Origin: the human T2T-CHM13v2.0 reference genome, Homo sapiens
Strand: one strand, 5' to 3'
NCBI RefSeq assembly: GCF_009914755.1
Contig: NC_060925.1
Length of the DNA: 64,000 nucleotides
The position numbers were made by a program, and so were the translations under genes. Under the pieces are notes generated by a model. The model was given only the letters and a program-made list of their open reading frames with translations. It did no database searches and was not told where the DNA came from. Numbering within the stretch: the stretch's first letter is position 1; the number at the start of each line of letters is the position of its first letter. Below are positions 60,216 to 64,000 of the stretch, piece after piece.

Positions 60216-62214
60216 CCAAGGTCAGACAGTGAGCTAAAGGCAAAGCTGGAACTGGAACCTAAGTCTTCTTTCTCCCAGGCGTCCTTTGAACCACCTGCAC
60301 ACAGGGCCCAACCTGGGCTTCGGTGCTCACTAGGAGCACTCAGTGTCTCTCAGCTCTTCCCAGATGCCTTCCTTTCCCACTCCCATCTGATGTGCCTGGG
60401 GCTTATTACAAATCTCAGCTTGGGGAGAGGAAAAGAAAACTAATTTTGAAGTCCTAGAAACTCTGGCAGAGCAGCTGGGAGCTTCTAGTTATCCCTTCTG
60501 CATACACCTACTTCCCAGGGCCACTGAAAAACGGGGGCGTCTAGCAGAGTTTCCCAAGGTCAAACAAAGCTCTTTCTTCTGCAGAGAGCCTTGGTCACAG
60601 CATCAAGTAAGGGCAGGGTTGGGTAGGTTTGGGGTGAGGTCTGGGGGTGGGGTGGGCGGTGGAGGGGTGGAATGCAGCTAGTGAAGAATGCAGTAGAGTC
60701 CCTACAGATCCTCCAACAGTGGCAGTTGAAATGCCTGAGAGGGGAGAGGACTTAGCCAAGGTCACTCAGCCAGATCTGGGCCTCCTGACCACCGCCCAGC
60801 TGCCCAGAGGAGGCCTTTTGGCTCACTCTCTCCTCTCCAAGCTCTCCTGCAAGGGCTCTTGGGATTACCATGTCTTTGCACCATTCTGCAAATCTGACTC
60901 CATGCTCACTGGGCATCATGCTTCCTGGTCTGTGCTAGGTCTAGGCTGGGCACTGGGGATGCAGAAGTGTGAGTCAGCCACGGTGACTCAAGGAATCACC
61001 GAGACACCTGCAGAAATATTCCTTGGGCAGCGGGTTGGTACCATCACACACTCCTAGCCTCCAACCGCACTTACTTCTTCCACTGACTCTGGTTGGCTCA
61101 CCCATTCCTGGGCCTCTCAGGAGCAGTTAAGGGGCTCTTCCCTTGCCTAAGCCCTCCAACTGCACCCTCACCTCCTATACTCACAGATGGCCTTGCCGCC
61201 CATGCCACAAACAATATAAGCATCTCATAGCAGCTCCCTCCCCCTCCCCCTGCAGGAACACGAGCTGCACTGTCGTGTTCTCAGAGGCTGTGCTGTCCTG
61301 TCACTGCCCGCCCCTCCCCTTGTGCTCCAGCCCCTGCCTCCCACTCTGTAACAGGCCTTGCTCTACTTCAATGTCCACCTCTCGCCCCCTTCCTTAGCTT
61401 TTCCCGTCAGTATTTAAATGCACTTAAAGCCTTTCCATCCTCAACAAACAAAACCAAACAGACAGAAACCAGGGTCACCATCCACTAAATCAGCCCCCTC
61501 CACCCTCACCGGTGCTCCAGCTCCTCCTCGCCTCTCTCCTGCTTGAGAAAGGCCACACTTCTCCAGGGAGCCACGACTCTCACTCTCTTAGCTCCTCTCC
61601 TCAACTCCTCCTCGGCCCTATCTTCACTTGCCCGGGTCACAGTGCTGTCCTCATTCCTAATTATGAATCAAGGCTGTGGGTCCCTTCCCAGACTGGCGGC
61701 TGCCACATCACCACTACCCTCCTAGATCTCAGGCTGTTGTGGGCTCCTCTCCATTCATCCAGCTATTATTTAAGTAGCTATTTTTCTGTGTCGGTCACTG
61801 GGCTTGAGTCTAGTGACTCAGTGATGAGCAAGAGGATCAGGATCTGCCTTCCAGAGTGCAAGGACAAGGGGATCCTCGGAGGTCCTGCTCTAATGCCCCT
61901 CCTCTCCCCGCAACACACACCCTCTCCTGATCATCTCAGCTACACGCTGATGACTGTCAGAGCCTAGCTTCTGCCCCGACTTTCCCCCAAGCTCCACATC
62001 CACACCTCTAACTACTTGGGGGACAATTCCACCTGCATGGTCCACAGGCAACTCAGACTTGCAAGGTCCAAACCAAACGAGTTCTGCTCCTTAAATTTCC
62101 CCCCTTCCCCTATACCAAGGGCGGAGCCACCATTCACACAACTCACAAGCCATAAACTTGGGAGACATTTTTCACTCCTCCCTCCAGCCCCACATTCCAA
62201 CCATCTGCTTTCTC

Positions 62215-62385
62215 TTTTAAATTTCATTTTATTTTTAGAGACACTGTCTTGCTCTGTCACCCAGGCTGGTGTGCAGTGGCATGATCATGGCTCATTGCAG
62301 CCTTGAACTCTTGGCCTCAAGCTATCCTCCTGCCTCAGCCTCCTGAGTTGCTAAGAATACAGGCTCAAGATATTGCACCCAGCCC
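62215..62385 (-). mobile_element. Alu right monomer (AluJ/FRAM-like)
   Basis: Single antisense Alu arm. Confidence 0.8.
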
Positions 62386-62668
62386 ACCTTCCTTCTAAAT
62401 CAGTGGCATTGTCCTTGCCACGGCCACTGACCTAGGCTCACGTCACTGAGACACTCTCCAGCCCATCTTCCACATCCAGTCTTGTGCCCTCCAAGCCATT
62501 GTATGGACATAGCTAGAGAGGTCAAAAGTAAGCCCGAACAGCCCAAATGTCCATCAGTTGGAGGAATGGGTGGACAATTCGTAGTGCTCACCCACACAAC
62601 GGAATATTATTCATCCAGAAAGAGTAATGAAGTCCTGATACATGTTACAATGCTGATGAACTTCAAAA

Positions 62669-63380
62669 ACACACACCATCACAGCCACCACACACACACA
62701 ATCACAACCACCACACACACAATCACCACACACACCATCACAGCCACCACGCACACACACAATCACAACCACCACACACACCATCACAGCCATCACACAC
62801 ACAATCACAACCACCACACGCACAATTACCACACACACCATCACAGCCACCACGCACACACACAATCACAAGCACCACACACACCACCACAGCCACCACA
62901 CATGCACATCATCACAACCACCACACACCATCACAACCACCACATACACAATCACCACACACACCATCACAGCCACCACTGCCACCACACATACACCATC
63001 ACAACCACCACACACACAATCATGACCATGACACACACCATCACAACCACCACACACAATCACACACATACCATCACACACACACAATCACACACATACC
63101 ATCACACACACAATCACCACGCATACCATCACAGCCACGACACACACAATCACAACCACCACACACAATCACACACACCATCACAGCCACCACACACAAT
63201 CACAACCACCACACAATCACACACACCATCACAACCACCACAGCCACGATACACACACCATCACAACCACCACACACGCAATCACCATCATCACAACCAC
63301 CACACACAGTCACCACACGCATCATCACAACCATCACACAAACACACAATCACGACACACCACCACACATCATCATCATT
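62669..63380. repeat. Degenerate CA-rich minisatellite (CACCATCACAGCCAC / CACACACAATCACAAC modules)
   Basis: About 710 bp almost entirely C/A, with recurring 15-35 nt modules. Confidence 0.95.
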
Positions 63381-64000
63381 CTCCACAGAGCACAGCAGCA
63401 GGGCGGGTGCAGGCAGAGCAGTGGCTGGGGGCGTCACTGCAAGAGTGAAGGGGCCAGGCCGCGCAGAGCCTGTGAGCCAGGCTGGAGCGCTTCACCCTGC
63501 AGGCAATGGGGGGCCGTGGCTGGCCTGAGCAGAAAGGTCCCTCTGCTGGGGTGTGGGAATGGAGTAGAGAGGCGGGAGTGGCCATGGCCAACTGTTCAGA
63601 AAAAGCCCCTGAGGGAGGCAGATGGCACCCTCGCAGTCCCTGCAACGCGGGGTAGGTGGAAAGGGTGTGCTCAGGTGCCAGAGCAAGAATTCTTGGACCT
63701 AGAACCTGGAACCACGTGCAAGCTGACATCCTCCCTCACCCTTAGTGCACCACACTCCGTGGCTTGGTCGTGGTCTGGACGAAATTGGGGCATGGCTGGA
63801 GGCGGGAGCTGGGTGGTCTGGTGGTGGCAGTGGGGCGAGAGAGAAAGGAGTGGACTGGAGAGATGGTGGTACGTGGGCGGACAGAGCTGGATGAGAGACC
63901 TGGGAGAGGGAGAAATCCGAGGCCAGCGCAGAAGTCTGGGTGTGGAGAGGCCGCTCATCCAAACGACAGGAGAGGCTCAGGGAGCGCCAATGATTCCGTG

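Noticed and set aside
62482-63528. 348-aa His/Thr-rich ORF, the longest in the window
   Set aside because: It stays open because CA-rich repeats rarely form stop codons. It starts at a non-ATG codon in L1-like sequence, and I see no splice or homology support.

Overview
Human (primate) genomic DNA, about half of it transposable-element derived. It holds the 3' part of TCEANC2 (TFIIS N-terminal and central domain protein 2; 1p32.3 from memory) on the + strand. Three coding exons (11659-11800, 31500-31693, 39188-39376) splice in frame; the start-codon exon lies upstream of the window. The last exon probably continues as a ~9.6 kb, mostly TE-derived 3' UTR (half-MADE1, inverted Alus, ERVL pol/LTR16 remnant, THE1D) to an AATAAA inside a MER58A at 48964. 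The intron after the second coding exon holds a sense COX7B processed pseudogene with a 14-bp TSD and an ancient tRNA-Ile-headed SINE. Most notable: a ~54-bp L1 3'-end insertion whose target-site duplication copied the exon's 5' splice site, giving a compact donor / in-frame stop / UGUA / AATAAA-overlapping-second-donor cassette. Other observations: a 168-bp templated copy of DNA from 2 kb away inside a MIR, template-switch scars in Alus, a candidate alternative last exon near 54.9-55.4 kb, tandem CTCF-like motifs, and a CA-rich minisatellite beside a CpG-rich window edge. No non-human system is evident. Repeat family names come from recalled consensus sequences, not a RepeatMasker run, and their boundaries are approximate.
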